A stretch of 64,000 bases of DNA. It comes from Eledone cirrhosa (Eukaryota). The notes under the pieces were generated by a model. It was not told the DNA's origin and did not search any database. It worked only from the letters and a program-made list of their open reading frames with translations. The stretch covers positions 18,724,001-18,788,000 of the forward strand of contig OZ024753.1 in assembly GCA_964016885.1 (NCBI GenBank), in the 5' to 3' direction. The first letter of the stretch is position 1; every line of letters starts with the position of its first letter. The position numbers and the translations under genes are program-made. Positions 1 to 13,895 of this stretch are shown here, in pieces.

Positions 1-13
1 TGCGTCCGTAGAG

Positions 14-130
14 GGTATGCCGGATGACCACTCGAAGCTCGCGCAGAGCAGAGTATAATAATACTGAGTCAGGTTCGATCAATAATAGGTGGTTCCTCGA
101 GCTGAGCGATAGTGAAACATATGTAATATG
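14..130 (+). ncRNA. Degenerate hammerhead-like motif of a PLE pLTR remnant
   Basis: CGGATGA (CTGATGA with one change) ... GTGAAA-CATATG-TA, with a palindromic stem III. A related degenerate sequence lies at ~43395-43560. Confidence 0.35.
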
Positions 131-605
131 TTATTAAATATGTTATGATGCAACACTGAATCCTTGTTTTGTTTTATTCTGATAGTGTACACACATATAT
201 ATATATATATATATATATGTAAAGGGAAGTAAGGTTCTATACAAAACAGTGGTTATAGAGAAAAGGTGAAATAGGGAATAGCACGGAGAATATATTTAAG
301 GGTCTGTTTTTCTTCTTCTTTTCTTTTCTTTGATTCGTCAAAGTGACACTTAATTTTAAATCTTTCATTTTTAATTTTTAATTCTTATTCTTTTTAATGT
401 AAAACTCAACGTTTGAAAATATGAATTTTACTAAATCATCGAAATCAGTTATACTTTATATACTTTATATACATTATATACTTTATATACATTATATACT
501 TTATATACATTATATACATTATATACATTATATACATTATAAACTATTTTTTGAAAAGAATTGTCCCTCTCATTTTTTCAATAATATCACTTTGACGAAT
601 CAAGC

Positions 606-781
606 AGTTTCGACGGCTCTTTCTGGACTAAATTCTACTTTAGTTCAGAAATAGCCGTCGAAACGGCCTGAGCTCTGCCGTCGGGGTCAAACATTTTCCT
701 ATTACCCACTCTACTACCCTAATTATTGAGTACTCTGGTGCGTTATGGTCCATCTGGTTCCTTACCAAACCTCCTTCGTTA
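606..781. mobile_element. Short fold-back non-autonomous repeat (probably PLE pLTR-derived), copy 1
   Basis: Hairpin gtttcgacggct...agccgtcgaaac, then gagctctgccgtcggggt...ttcgtta ending in (TA)n. Homologous to 42724-42889 and 50109-50304. Confidence 0.6.
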
Positions 782-1159
782 TATATATATATATATATAT
801 AAATATATATATATAAATATATATATATATAACTCTGAACGTTCACTTCTACCATGTTCAATTGATAATAAAATGGATGCCTGAAAGAGGGAAAGAAATA
901 TTGTGACAATGTCCACCACGTGTTTTAGACAAGTTCTAGACTAACAAAAAACCAAGAGTCTTTAGAAGTCAATGGTTGTTTATCCGAGGCAGGGATCTTC
1001 ATTTGTAAGTTATAAGTGAATAAGAGTAGAATTATAAACATTCTGGTTTAATATTTCTCACTTGGCTTTTATAGTAAATAAGTCTCTGTTATGTAAGACA
1101 AAAGATAATCTATTGATTAAAGGTAAGTGTTGAATTGATAATGTTAGAAAAGTATGTCT

Positions 1160-1428
1160 GGAACCCGGAGGCTGGTCAGACCCGTGCTATCCCAGTTTAA
1201 GTGATGTGAAGCGACTGACGTCTCTCCACTGGGATAGGACGCCAGTCAATCGCAAGGCTAATCAAACCCGGTATTACTGTTACTCATTTTCAGCTGTGTA
1301 TGTTATTCTGCAGAAACGTGAAATGAAATGTGTTGGTCAAGAACACAACACTCAACTCTGTCCAGGAATCGAACCCACGACATTATGATCGTAAGTCCAA
1401 CACTCTTACCACTAGGCCATGTGCCACC
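1160..1428 (-). mobile_element. tRNA-derived SINE
   Basis: Minus-strand head ggtggcacaTGGCCTAGTGG (A box) ... GGTTCGATTCC (B box), followed by a ttgtgttcttgaccaacac body shared with other copies. Confidence 0.75.
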
Positions 1429-1862
1429 ATAATGTTGAGAGATGAACATCCTCGGAGTTTGCGTTTCAATGTTCTTTACATTGAAATCCCGTCCAGATAA
1501 ACTTTGTTTTTCTTTTCTTTTCGGAGTTGATAAATAAAGTACTACTCCAGAAAAGATGATTTTGGGGAATTGTTAACAAGATTAGCTGAATAGCTTGTGG
1601 CATCTGACTCCGCTCTGTGGCTTACTGATCTCAAATACCACCTCTTTCTGGCGGTATGTGTAACGAAACAACCATTTGAAATGTTTCCTGGCTTCAATCA
1701 AACGAGGATACATTTCTTTTGCGTTTTCCATATTAATTATAATGATTTCATTGGTGAGTTATTCGGAGAAACTAAAGTAGTCTCTGGAGGAATGTTCACT
1801 TCATTTCTAATGAAAATTGATAGCAAATTAATAAGAAATACGAAACTTTGTGTCTAAAGAAA

Positions 1863-2060
1863 CGAAGGTCGGCTGAAAACTTCATAAGCCGACTAGAAAG
1901 GATTGATGCTAGAGCTGTGAAATCTTGCATGCATTAATTTCAACTCTTCGTATTAATAACAGTATTGTCTTGTTCCAGGGACAATGTTGAAAAATAAACA
2001 TCATTTGGTCATTCCATGAGAGTATCTTGTTCAGTCTATGAACATTTCAGCTGACCTTTG
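1863..2060. mobile_element. Mariner-type MITE
   Basis: Imperfect ~30-bp TIRs cgaaggtcggctgaaaacttcataagccgac / agtctatgaacatttcagctgacctttg, with TA at the right flank and no coding capacity. Confidence 0.65.
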
Positions 2061-2689
2061 TAATGTATAAACAATGCATTGGATGATTTTCACATTGAGA
2101 TATAAGAGCATAATTAGATTATATGCTAGAAATCTTTCATTAAAAGGGGGGAAAACGAAAATCGCTTTTAGAAATGGAATATTTTCGGATCCATGCCTCA
2201 TTCACTAACCTCTGCCACATGTGTTATGAAGACGATACACATTTATTATCTTCTATGAATATCTAATGTCGTTCTTTTCCTTATTTTATTATTTAAATTA
2301 GTTTTAGCCGTGTTGAGATTACAATTTATATTAAATCTAGAACCATTGTTCTGAACCATGATAAATAGATTTACTTTCCCAGGTCACAAGTAAATATGGA
2401 ATCACACTCAATATTCTCATCTTTGACCCTGCGGCCCTAGAGAGCAGGAGTCACCTGAAGGAGCTGACATGTTCTATGTGAAATGTCATTATTTAATAAA
2501 ATGAATAATAATAATAATTAAGCAATTCTACCAATTCATGTGTACAGATTTCACACTTATAAGGAACTGATAGCCGAGATCCCAGACATCATTCGCTTAT
2601 CAAGTAAGGTGGGACTCGTCGGATCGGACGACGGAAATATTGTTTCTATTGGTCTTTCCATTGCAGATACTATCTACAGATTGCAACTA

Positions 2690-2815
2690 CTGGCAGAAAG
2701 ATCAGCCTGGAGTAAAGCCTCTTGCTCAAGGATTTAACGCATCACCCTGTCCGGGATTCGAATTCGCAACCTCTCGATTCTGAATCCAATTATCTAACCA
2801 CTATGGCACACGCCT
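2690..2815 (-). mobile_element. tRNA-derived SINE fragment
   Basis: Same head (A/B boxes) and cttgctcaagg body as the 1160-1428, 36165-36298 and 40600-40750 copies. Confidence 0.65.
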
Positions 2816-3593
2816 TAGAAACTTATAATCCACGTTTAATATATTCCTGCGTGTATCAATCCTAAGAAAGAATGGCTGTATATAAGTTTCTGAAACAATT
2901 AGTAAATGTCAACGTGAAACCTGATGATATATTTGTCGCAATGCTTTACTGAACTAATCACTCTGATTTGATAGCCATTTTTCTTCAAATACACCGCTCT
3001 CCATCTAGTAATTGACTCACAAGTTATCGATCTATCTTCGTTTATTTCTGCATTTCGCTTCTAATCTAAATACAATAAACATCGTCCATGCCAATACTTT
3101 GTTAAATATTCGTTTTACCGAAACATTTTGTCAGTAAAACCGTCATAATAGCTTCAGATACAACGTCTGACTGCTTTCCAATACGACTATATTTTCCATT
3201 AGAAATGTATACGAATTTTTCTATTTATTTGCTGTCGCCTTCTCAGTTGTAATTACCTCTTTCAGCTATGGCGGTTGATCTTTTCTCGGGGACGGAGGTA
3301 TCTGAACACAAAAAAACCACAGACGCGATATATATTGAGTAGCAGCGATATTTCCTAGTGGACGGAAGTTTTCACAACACACAAAGACATTATAATGTGT
3401 GTGCAGGGGGGGGGGGGGGTATGTGTGTGTGCGTGTGTGTGTGTGCGCGCGTGCGTGTGTGTACACACTTGGCTGAGACATAGCTGTATACAAATATACA
3501 TTTAGATATACGAAATTCACATACTTGTATACAATCATATATATATATATATATTTCGTTTCTGAATTTGGCAACATGACCCTCCAACAGTAT

Positions 3594-3651
<58 letters not shown>

Positions 3652-3654
<3 letters not shown>

Positions 3655-4756
3655 ATAAATAACAAAGAACGCCTATAGCATATGCATATCTTTACTTGCT
3701 AACATTGTTTCATCCGCACTATAGGTGGGACTCATCAGAGTATAAAGGTTAATTACATACCATACAAGCAATAACAAATCCAAGACATTGAAGAATGAAA
3801 AATAATAATAGACGATAAAGGATATTAAGGAAGTAAAAGTAAAGATAAAGATAATAATAAAAATAAAAATAAAAATAAAAATAAGATAATAAAATAAACA
3901 ATGAAAAATAAGGGGTGCTATCAGTCACAGTTGGGCGGGGTGCTGTCAACATATAGTTACATACAAGCATACACATGGATAAGAGAACAGACAAGAGTAG
4001 ATAAGATAGATAGGATTAGGTAAGAGTAGGTAAAAAATAGGTGAAAAACAGACTTATAATATATATAAGAAAATATAAAGAAATACATAACAAACTTACA
4101 TATAAAATATAAAATATACAGATAATAGTGATACAGGGTAAGGAATGAGATAAAATAATATAAAATTAAAATTAAAATTATATAAAATAGAACATAATAT
4201 AATATAATCATAAAATAAGATAAAATAAGGTAAACTAAAATAAAATAAAATAGACTAAATTAAAATAATATAATATAAGATATAATTAAATGTAATTAAA
4301 TAAATAAATAAATAAATAAATAAAGTTAAATAAAATTAAAATTAAAATTAAAATTAAATTTAAATAAATAAATAAATAAATAAATAAGTAAATAAATAAA
4401 TAAATAAATAAATGGAATTAAATAAGTAAATAAATAAAATTAGATAACATGAAATGAAATAAAATAAAATAAAATGAAATAAAGTAAATTGAGATAGGAT
4501 ATATATTTTTGTAGAATATATCTCTTGAATATATCAGGGGCCCACGAAGGCACTAAGTGTCACAGTTATGTGTATCACTTGACCATTTTTTTAAAACATA
4601 TTTCTTGAAAATATCAGGGGCCCACGAAGGCACTAAGTGTCACAGTCACCAGTATCACTTGACCATTGCAAGGCAATGGAGGCGTCCCAGGTTGGGCAGT
4701 CTCAAAAGTTCACTCGAAAGTTGCGGGTGTGCATTCACACAGTTGAGCGGTGGGGT
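3652..4756 (-). repeat. 3' pLTR / terminal UTR repeat of Naiad-1 (second copy at 8564-9664)
   Basis: Near-identical direct repeat that includes the HHR, an AT-rich tract and an internal 80-bp tandem duplication (cccacgaagg at 4541 and 4621). Confidence 0.9.
3690..3747 (-). ncRNA. Minimal type I hammerhead ribozyme (Naiad-1 3' pLTR)
   Basis: Reverse complement: ctttatact-CTGATGA-gtcccacctatagtgcggat-GAAA-caatg-TT-agcaagtaaag. Confidence 0.85.
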
Positions 4757-5912
4757 AATCACAAACCGGTTCACACCCGGGCAGGAGTCCAATGGTCAGA
4801 GAGAGGTGCATCGAAGGAAGGTAGGAGAATTCACGTGCATTAGCAAGCGAGGTGCAGGCGGGTTAGCCAAAGCAAGCAGACACAGTTGGAGCGCATACAA
4901 ACGATATATAAAAAGACAGAAGATATATAAAAAATAGCTTCAAGAGCCATTAAGTCACGGCATTGGGACATCACAAGATTGTACACATCAATATGTTCAG
5001 CACGTATATGCACATATACACACCACATGCATATGCAGAGACGGTATACATATATATATATATATATTTTTATATACAGACATATACAACCACCTACACC
5101 CATACACATATAAATGTATACACGGACACACACGCTCACACACACAGCGTAGGACACCCGGGTCAAAGCTGATATTAAACACCGAAATACCACGTTAGGC
5201 CAGAACCACCACCACGGATAATACATTCAAAATAAATACATACGATGAGATGTAGTAAAATATAGTTGAAATTCTACGGAGATAATCATGTCCGCACGTG
5301 CCATTGCCCGATTCAAGTGTACACAGACCGTTAGTAACTATGGAGGGCTATCGGGGCCAAAACGTTACTTTCGGGATCATAACAACGACCGTCAATATAT
5401 GGAAGGCCGATCGTGCTAGAAAGACTACAACCCCGGGCAAGAGCTCCCAGAAGTCAGCCTGTAGATCTTAAACCACAGAATATGAGGGCAACACGAACAT
5501 GCGTCACGTATCCACTGCTTACGGCGGGATGGCACAGGTCCGCCCACAGTTACAGGCTAAATTTCTATTAGTGCAGCCTAAATCACAGTACACGCTTTAC
5601 ATAAATACATTACATCACAACTCATGCGCATACAGAGGTACAGATCCACAAGATATACGTCGGGATAGACCCACCAATGCACCAATGGTGGGTAGGCGAG
5701 CGTGGATGGGTTACATCCGCTGTGCCAAACAGGGGTGCTTATTAACATACACACCCACTCACCTGTACACACCAATATCCAGATCAATATCCTCCCACAG
5801 GCATACGTATACATTCACCGACTCATATACATAGACGACCAACAGTAGGAGACAGTTACACACAATCAGAGACAGTTACACAAGACAGCCCAACTGGAGG
5901 AATAAGGAAGTG

Positions 5913-8401
5913 CTAGCTAACAGGTTTAAAGTAGAAGAAAGAGCTTAATATTCGGTGGGGGCAAGAGGAAAATATTTCAGACTTTCTATTTAGTAGAGGG
6001 CATTTAACAAATATAATAGAGTGGGATTCGGCAAGGCATAGGTTACATACTCTATTATGAGGAGTATATGGATGGGATTTAGCAACCTGCCGCCAAGTAA
6101 GTGTGTAATGTGTTCGTGCATTTTTTAAATTATGGACGTACGCTGCCAAGGAGGTGGAGTTCCTCAGTTTATTATGTCTAAAAGTGCATTGGTGAGAGTT
6201 AAACCTGGTCTTAAAGGGGGTGGAGGTTGATCCTATATAGGTCCTAGTGGACGCCGTAGTTACTACATCACACGCATAAACTATGTTTCTAACAAGGCAG
6301 AAACCATTCAGGGGGCAGCCTGAAGCCCTTCTACAGTTACAACCTCTGGTGATGCTATTCTCAGAATGATCACCACTTGTGTTTCTGCCCACTCTGTCCA
6401 CTATCGTGTTTTCCCCTAGGCTTAGGTTGTCCAGGCCTTCCTTTATTTTCTTATTATTAGTAATGGCCAGATGAGAGGCCAGATTTGGGGTTGTAGAATA
6501 CGAAAGTTTAACAACATTCTTATTGAGGATAGAGTGGTACCTATTACCAGGAGGGAAGTTCCTTTCTAACACAGAGAAGAAGGCCCTAGGAATATTTATA
6601 GCCACTTCAGAATTAAAAGGGGGGTTGAAGTATGTATTCAATCTTCTTCTATTCTTTTTATTCTTTCTATTTCCATCAGTATTATTAGCATTATTATTTC
6701 TACGGTTCCTATGCTCACCTAGTCTATGCGGGGAGCTGCGAGGCCTACCATTGCTATTACTTAGACTAATGGTGCCCTGCTGGTTCATTCCACCGGCATC
6801 TAGAAACCTCCCATTCGCGACACCTCTATTGCTATTACTTAGACTAATGGTGCCCTGCTGCTTCATTCCACCGGCATTTAGAACCCTCCCATTCGCGACA
6901 CCTCCATTACCAATGGACATATTATGTGTTATAACAACACTGGTAGAGCTACTATTAGGACTATTATTTCCCTGGGTGTAATACAATTTGTCCCTAAAGC
7001 CGGATCTAGCTAAGGCATCATTATAGTAATCAGCCTGCGAGTCAAACGCCTCCTCACTATGTGAGAGTGAACTTATTCTGTTAGATACGCCCTTCAGTAT
7101 ACCGCTGATGACCGACCTAGGGTGGTTAGAGTTGGTATTCACGTAATTCAGCAATTCATTAGGCTTATGGTACGGTGTGTACGTATGGTCATCCAAGTCC
7201 AATGTAACATCCAGGAAGTTCACAGTTCTATCATTTATATCCATAGTAATGGATAGGTTAAATGTTTTAAAAAAACTATGCAGCTTTTTCCTAATGCGCA
7301 CTATATTATACTTACTAGTATCTATGGAGAGTAGGGCGTCATCCCGGTACAACCCGCCCCTAAGGAAAGGGAAGTTACTATGCAGTTCATTGAGGAGGTA
7401 TAGCCCAACTAAGTCGGTGACTTGAGCAGAGTCACTCGACCCCATAGTAATGTCAAAATTATCAGGTGTGTTTTTTCTCGTCCATAGATTATCCTCAAAC
7501 ATGATAATGGTTTTACGTGCAGCGAGAACAATATCTATCTGTGGCCTTGTAATTGCCCCCCTCTGCATGGCTAGGATGAGGGCCTTATTGAGGATAATAG
7601 GAGATATAGATGTATAATAAGCATCAATATCAAATTGGATGAATTTGAGTGAGTCACGACCACAATCCGTAGAAAACCACGTAATGACCTCACTAGTGTT
7701 ACCCCAAAGCTCAAGGAAAGTTTTTTCTCTAACCAGGGGAATAACGCTATCCAAGATTCCCTTACTAATAATCCCCAGGTCAGACTTGGAGGGGCAGATA
7801 AGCCTAACCGAGGGTCTGCTAATAAAATCTTCCTTGTGGTCCTTGAGGGTGAATCTAGGCTGCTTGGGGTAATAAGGCTGAGTGTGTTTATCCAGACCTA
7901 GTTTTACCACTATGTTATACCCCTCCTGATTAATATTATCTAAATTACTCTGCGTTGTTTTTTTGTAGTTCCTATGTAGTTCATTATAAATGAAGCCTCG
8001 ATAGGTTTTATAATCCATACTATATAAGTTTTTAGTTTTGTCAGAGGGGACCAGGATGGATTTATTATCCCTAAAGTCCCTAACGATTGAACTTAGTTTA
8101 CTCTGAAATTTATTGGTACATCTAGATTTTTTATATTTAATATTCCTAACAAGGGATAATAGCTCACTTTCGAAGTTATCCAACAGGCTATTATGCGGGG
8201 GGCTCCTATAGGTCTTAAATCCATAATTATTAAAACTACGCCCCTCTTCAGGGCTATCATACTTCTTATCAAAATGGAACGCACGCCACCGAACACGTTT
8301 TACGAATGAGTTTATGCTAGTTATCAGTGATTTCTCATATGAGATTTTAGGGGGGTGGGAATATTCTTCAAGGAAATGGGTAAGTATGTCTTTGTTAGCA
8401 T
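5913..8401 (-). CDS. Naiad PLE reverse transcriptase + GIY-YIG endonuclease (~829 aa, one frameshift in a C6 run at 8350-8355)
   Basis: Naiad-type motifs: SLKNIPTP, KRVRWRAFHF, TLKDHKEDF, FDIDAYYTSI, MGSSDSAQVTDLVG, GLYRDD, FLDVTLDL, YFNPPF, CNC-x5-C-x5-C, IVY-x11-YIG, CNLCLAE, CPH. The track's 8507 start is a GTG with no in-frame ATG; the ATG at 8401 lies in the adjacent frame. Confidence 0.92.
6748..6904 (-). repeat. 78-bp in-frame tandem duplication (26 aa x2) in the RT-EN linker
   Basis: GVANGRVLNAGGMKQQGTISLSNSNR / GVANGRFLDAGGMNQQGTISLSNSNG. Also present in the inverted copy (~10771-10926). Confidence 0.9.
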
Positions 8402-8603
8402 ACTGCCTGATAATATACAAGGACACAAATCCGCGTATATCAAAGTTTAAGCTCAACCAGTGGGAGCTGTATAGTATACTAGGGAGAGGATCAGGGGTGT
8501 ATAACACTCCACTTATCCAGCAGGCAGTATAAGGTTAGCTCAATGTCTGAGGACAGAGCCGTGATATAATAAATAACAAAGAACGCCTATAGCATATGCA
8601 TAT

Positions 8604-8661
8604 CTTTACTTGCTAACATTGTTTCATCCGCACTATAGGTGGGACTCATCAGAGCATAAAG
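8604..8661 (-). ncRNA. Minimal type I hammerhead ribozyme (Naiad-1 5' pLTR)
   Basis: Reverse complement: ctttatgct-CTGATGA-gtcccacctatagtgcggat-GAAA-caatg-TT-agcaagtaaag. Stem I is tgct/agca plus cttta/taaag. Confidence 0.88.
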
Positions 8662-9662
8662 GTTAATTACATACCATACAAGCAATAACAAATCCAAGAC
8701 ATTGAAGAATGAAAAATAATAATAGACGATAAAGGATATTAAGGAAGTAAAAGTAAAGATAAAGATAAAGATAAGAATAAAAATAAAAATAAGATAATAA
8801 AATAAACAATGAAAAATAAGGGGTGCTATCAGTCACAGTTGGGCGGGGTGCTGTCAACATATAGTTACATACAAGCATACACATGGATAAGAGAACAGAC
8901 AAGAGTAGATAAGATAGATAGGATTAGGTAAGAGTAGGTAAAAAATAGGTGAAAAACAGACTTATAATATATATAAGAAAATATAAAGAAATACATAACA
9001 AACTTACATATAAAATATAAAATATACAGATAATAGTGATACAGGGTAAGGAATGAGATAAAATAATATAAAATTAAAATTAAAATTATATAAAATAGAA
9101 CATAATATAATATAATCATAAAATAAGATAAAATAAGGTAAACTAAAATAAAATAAAATAGACTAAATTAAAATAATATAATATAAGATATAATTAAATG
9201 TAATTAAATAAATAAATAAATAAATAAAGTTAAATAAAATTAAAATTAAAATTAAAATTAAATTTAAATAAATAAATAAATAAATAATTAAGTAAATTTA
9301 TAAATAAATAAATAAATAAATGGAATTAAATAAGTAAATAAATAAAATTAGATAACATGAAATGAAATAAAATAAAATAAAATGAAATAAAGTAAATTGA
9401 GATAGGATATATATTTTTTAGAATATATCTCTTGAATATATCAGGGGCCCACGAAGGCACTAAGTGTCACAGTTATGTGTATCACTTGACCATTTTTTTA
9501 AAACGTATTTCTTGAAAATATCAGGGGCCCACGAAGGCACTAAGTGTCACAGTCACCAGTATCACTTGACCATTGCAAGGCAATGGAGGCGTCCCAGGTT
9601 GGGCAGTCTCAAAAGTTCACTCGAAAGTCGCGGGTGTGCATTCACACAGTTGAGCGGTGGGG

Positions 9663-11761
9663 TATAAAACCTATCGATGCTTCATTTATAATGAACTACA
9701 TAGGAACTACAAAAAAACAACGCAGAATAATTTAGATAATATTAATCAGGAGGGGTATAACATAGTGGTAAAACTAGGTCTGGATAAACACACTCAGCCT
9801 TAATACCCCAAGCAGCCTAGATTCACCCTCAAGGACCACAAGGAAGATTTTATTAGCAGACCCTCGGTTAGGCTTATCTGCCCCTCCAAGTCTGACCTGG
9901 GGATTATTAGTAAGGGAATCTTGGATAGCGTTATTCCCCTGGTTAGAGAAAAAACTTTCCTTGAGCTTTGGGGTAACACTAGTGAGGTCATTACGTGGTT
10001 CTCTACGGATTGTGGTCGTGACTCACTCAAATTCATCCAATTTGATATTGATGCTTATTATACATCTATATCTCCTATTATCCTCAATAAGGCCCTCATC
10101 CTAGCCATGCAGAGGGGGGCAATTACAAGGCCACAGATAGATATTGTTCTCGCTGCACGTAAAACCATTATCATGTTTGAGGATAATCTATGGACGAAAA
10201 AAAACACACCTGATAATTTTGACATTACTATGGGGTCGAGTGACTCTGCTCAAGTCACCGACTTAGTTGGGCTATACCTCCTCAATGAACTGCATAGTAA
10301 CTTCCCTTTCCTTAGGGGCGGGTTGTACCGAGATGACGCCCTACTCTCCATAGATACTAGTAAGTATAATATAGTGCGCGTTAGGAAAAAGCTGCATAGT
10401 TTTTTTAAAACATTTAACCTATCCATTACTATGGATATAAATGATAGAACTGTGAACTTCCTGGATGTTACATTGGACTTGGATAACCATGCGTACACAC
10501 CGTACCATAAGCCTAATGAATTGCTGATTTACGTGAATACCAACTCTAACCACCCTAGGTCGGTCATCAGCGGTATACTGAAGGGCGTATCTAACAGAAT
10601 AAGTTCACTCTCACATAGTGAGGAGGCGTTTGCCTCGCAGGCTGATTACTATAATGATGCCTTAGCTAGATCCGGCTTTAGGGACAAATTGTATTACACC
10701 CAGGGAAATAATAGTCCTAATAGTAGCTCTACCAGTGTTGTTATAACACATAATATGTCCATTGGTAATGGAGGTGTCGCGAATGGGAGGGTTCTAAATG
10801 CCGGTGGAATGAAGCAGCAGGGCACCATTAGTCTAAGTAATAGCAATAGAGGTGTCGCGAATGGGAGGTTTCTAGATACCGGTGGAATGAACCAGCAGGG
10901 CACCATTAGTCTAAGTAATAGCAATGGTAGGCCTCGCAGCTCCCCGCATAGACTAGGTGAGCATAGGAACCGTAGAAATAATAATGCTAATAATACTGAT
11001 GGAAATAGAAAGAATAAAAAGAATAGAAGAAGATTGAATACATACTTCAACCACCCTTTTAATTCTGAAGTGGCTATAAATATTCCTAGGGCCTTCTTCT
11101 CTGTGTTAGAAAGGAACTTCCCTCCTGGTAATAGGTACCACTCTATCCTCAATAAGAATGTTGTTAAACTTTCGTATTCTACAACCCCAAATCTGGCCTC
11201 TCATCTGGCCATTACTAATAATAAGAAAATAAAGGAAGGCCTGGACAACCTAAGCCTAGGGGAAAACACGGTAGTGGACAGAGTGGGCAGAAACACAAGT
11301 GGTGATCATTCTGAGAATAGCATCACCAGAGGTTGTAACTGTAGAAGGGTTTCAGGCTGCCCCCTGAATGGTTTCTGCCTTGTTAGAAACATAGTTTATG
11401 CGTGTGATGTAGTAACTACGGCGTCCACTAGGACCTATATAGGATCAACCTCCACCCCCTTTAAGACCAGGTTTAACTCTCACCAATGCACTTTTAGACA
11501 TAATAAACTGAGGAACTCCCCTCCTTGGCAGCGTACGTCCATAATTTAAAAAATGCACGAACACATTACACACTTACTTGGCGGCAGGTTGCTAAATCCC
11601 ATCCATATACTCCTCATAATAGAGTATGTAACCTATGCCTTGCCGAATCCCACTCTATTATATTTGCTAAATGCCCTCTACTAAATAGAAAGACTGAAAT
11701 ATTTTCCTCTTGCCCCCACCGAATATTAAGCTCTTTCTTCTACTTTAAACCTGTTAGCTAG
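9663..11761 (+). pseudogene. 5'-truncated inverted copy of the Naiad-1 RT/EN ORF
   Basis: Matches the 5913-8010 protein. Nonsense TAA at ~9801 (TAT in copy A), 1-nt deletion frameshift at ~11520 in the endonuclease, NPPF>NHPF. Confidence 0.92.
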
Positions 11762-13270
11762 CACTTCCTTATTCCTCCAGTTGGGCTGTCTTGTGTAACT
11801 GTCTCTGATTGTGTGTAACTGTCTCCTATTGTTGGTCGTCTATGTATATGAGTCGGTGAATGTATACGTATGCCTGTGGGAGGATATTGATCTGGATATT
11901 GGGGTGTACAGGTGAGTGGGTGTGTATGTTAATAAGCACCCCTGTTTGGCACAGCGGATGTAACCCATCCAAGCTCGCCTACCCACCATTGGTGCATCGG
12001 TGGGTCTATCTCGGCGTATATCTTGTGGATCTGTACCTCTGTATGCGCATGAGTTGTGATGTAATGTATTTATGTAAAGCGTGTACTGTGATTTAGGCTG
12101 CACTAATAGACATTTAGCCTGTAACTGTGGGCGGACCTGTGCCATCCCGCCGTAAGCAGTGGATACGTGACGCATGTACGTGTTGCCCTCATATTCTGTG
12201 GTTTAAGATCTACAGGCTGACTTCTGGGAGCTCTTGCCCGGGGTTGTAGTCTATCTAGCACGATCGGCCTTCCATATATTGACGGTCGTTGTTATGATCC
12301 CGAAAGTAACGTTTTGGCCCCGATAGCCCTCCATAGTTACTAACGGTCTGTGTACACTTGAATCGGGCAATGGCACGTGCGGACATGATTATCTCCGTAG
12401 GATTTCAACTTTATTTTACTACATCTCATCGTATGTATTTATTTTGAATGTATTATCCGTGGTGGTGGTTCTGGCCTAATGTGGTATTTCGGTGTTTAAT
12501 ATCAGCTTTGACCCGGGTGTCCTACGCTGTGTGTGTGTGCGTGTGTGTCCGTGTATACATTTATATGTGTATGGGTGTAGGTGGTTGTATATGTCTGTAT
12601 ATAAAAATATATATATATATATATATGTATACCGTCTCTGCATATGCATGTGGTGTGTATATGTGCATATACGTGCTGAACATATTGATGTGTACAATCT
12701 TGTGATGTCCCAATGCGGTGACTTAATGGCTCTTGAAGCTATTTTTTTATATATCTTCTGTCTTTTTATATATCTTTTGTATGCGCTCCAACTGTGTCTG
12801 CTTGCTTTGGCTAACCCGCCTGCACCTCGCTTGCTAATGCACGTGAATTCTCCTACCTTCCTTCGATGCACCTCTCTCTGACCATTGGACTCCTGCCCGG
12901 GTGTGAACCGGTTTGTGATTACCCCACCGCTCAACTGTGTGAATGCACACCCGCGACTTTCGAGTGAACTTTTGAGACTGCCCAACGTGGGACGCCTCCA
13001 TTGCCTTGCAATGGTCAAGTGATACTGGTGACTGTGACACTTAGTGCCTTCGTGGGCCCCTGATATTTTCAAGAAATATGTTTTAAAAAAATGGTCAAGT
13101 GATACACATAACTGTGACACTTAGTGCCTTCGTGGGCCCCTGATATATTCAAGAGATATATTCTACAAAAATATATATCCTATCTCAATTTACTTTATTT
13201 CATTTTATTTTATTTTATTTTATTTCATTTCATGTTATCTAATTTTATTTATTTACTTATTTAATTCCAT

Positions 13271-13302
<32 letters not shown>

Positions 13303-13895
13303 ATTTAATTTTAATTTTAATTAACTTTATTTATTTATTTATTTATTTATTTAATTACATTTAATTATATCTTATATTATATTATTTTAATTTAGTCTAT
13401 TTTATTTTATTTTAGTTTACCTTATTTTATCTTATTTTATGATTATATTATATTATGTTCTATTTTATATAATTTTAATTTTAATTTTATATTATTTTAT
13501 CTCATTCCTTACCCTGTATCACTATTATCTGTATATTTTATATTTAAGTTTGTTATGTATTTCTTTATATTTTCTTATATATATTATAAGTCTGTTTTTC
13601 ACCTATTTTTTACCTACTCTTACCTAATCCTATCTATCTTATCTACTCTTGTCTGTTCTCTTATCCATGTGTATGCTTGTATGTAACTATATGTTGACAG
13701 CACCCCGCCCAACTGTGGCTGATAGCACCCCTTATTTTTCATTGTTTATTTTATTATCTTATTTTTATTTTTATTTTTATTTTTATTCTTATCTTTATCT
13801 TTACTTTTACTTCCTTAATATCCTTTATCGTCTATTATTATTTTTCATTCTTCAATGTCTTGGATTTGTTATTGCTTGTATGGTATGTAGTTAAC

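Noticed and set aside
2370-3300. Possible small plus-strand exons (acceptors at ~2382, ~2547, ~3265)
   Set aside because: Splice-like signals only, with no recognisable protein and no consistent frame.
4557-5834. Short ORFs in the Naiad-1 UTR (126, 111 aa) as accessory genes
   Set aside because: No recognisable domain, they are antisense to the element, and their lengths differ between arms.
6523-7872. Antisense ORFs over the RT (and mirrored at 9800-11152)
   Set aside because: Shadow ORFs of the RT coding strand, duplicated only because the element is duplicated.
8402-8507. N-terminal extension MLYTPDP... of the 864-aa ORF
   Set aside because: It has a GTG start in a eukaryote, and the conserved N-terminal motif lies in another frame starting at ATG 8401.
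9663-11761. A-to-I editing signature between Naiad-1 arms
   Set aside because: The differences are mixed in type and direction, and too few to support a bias.
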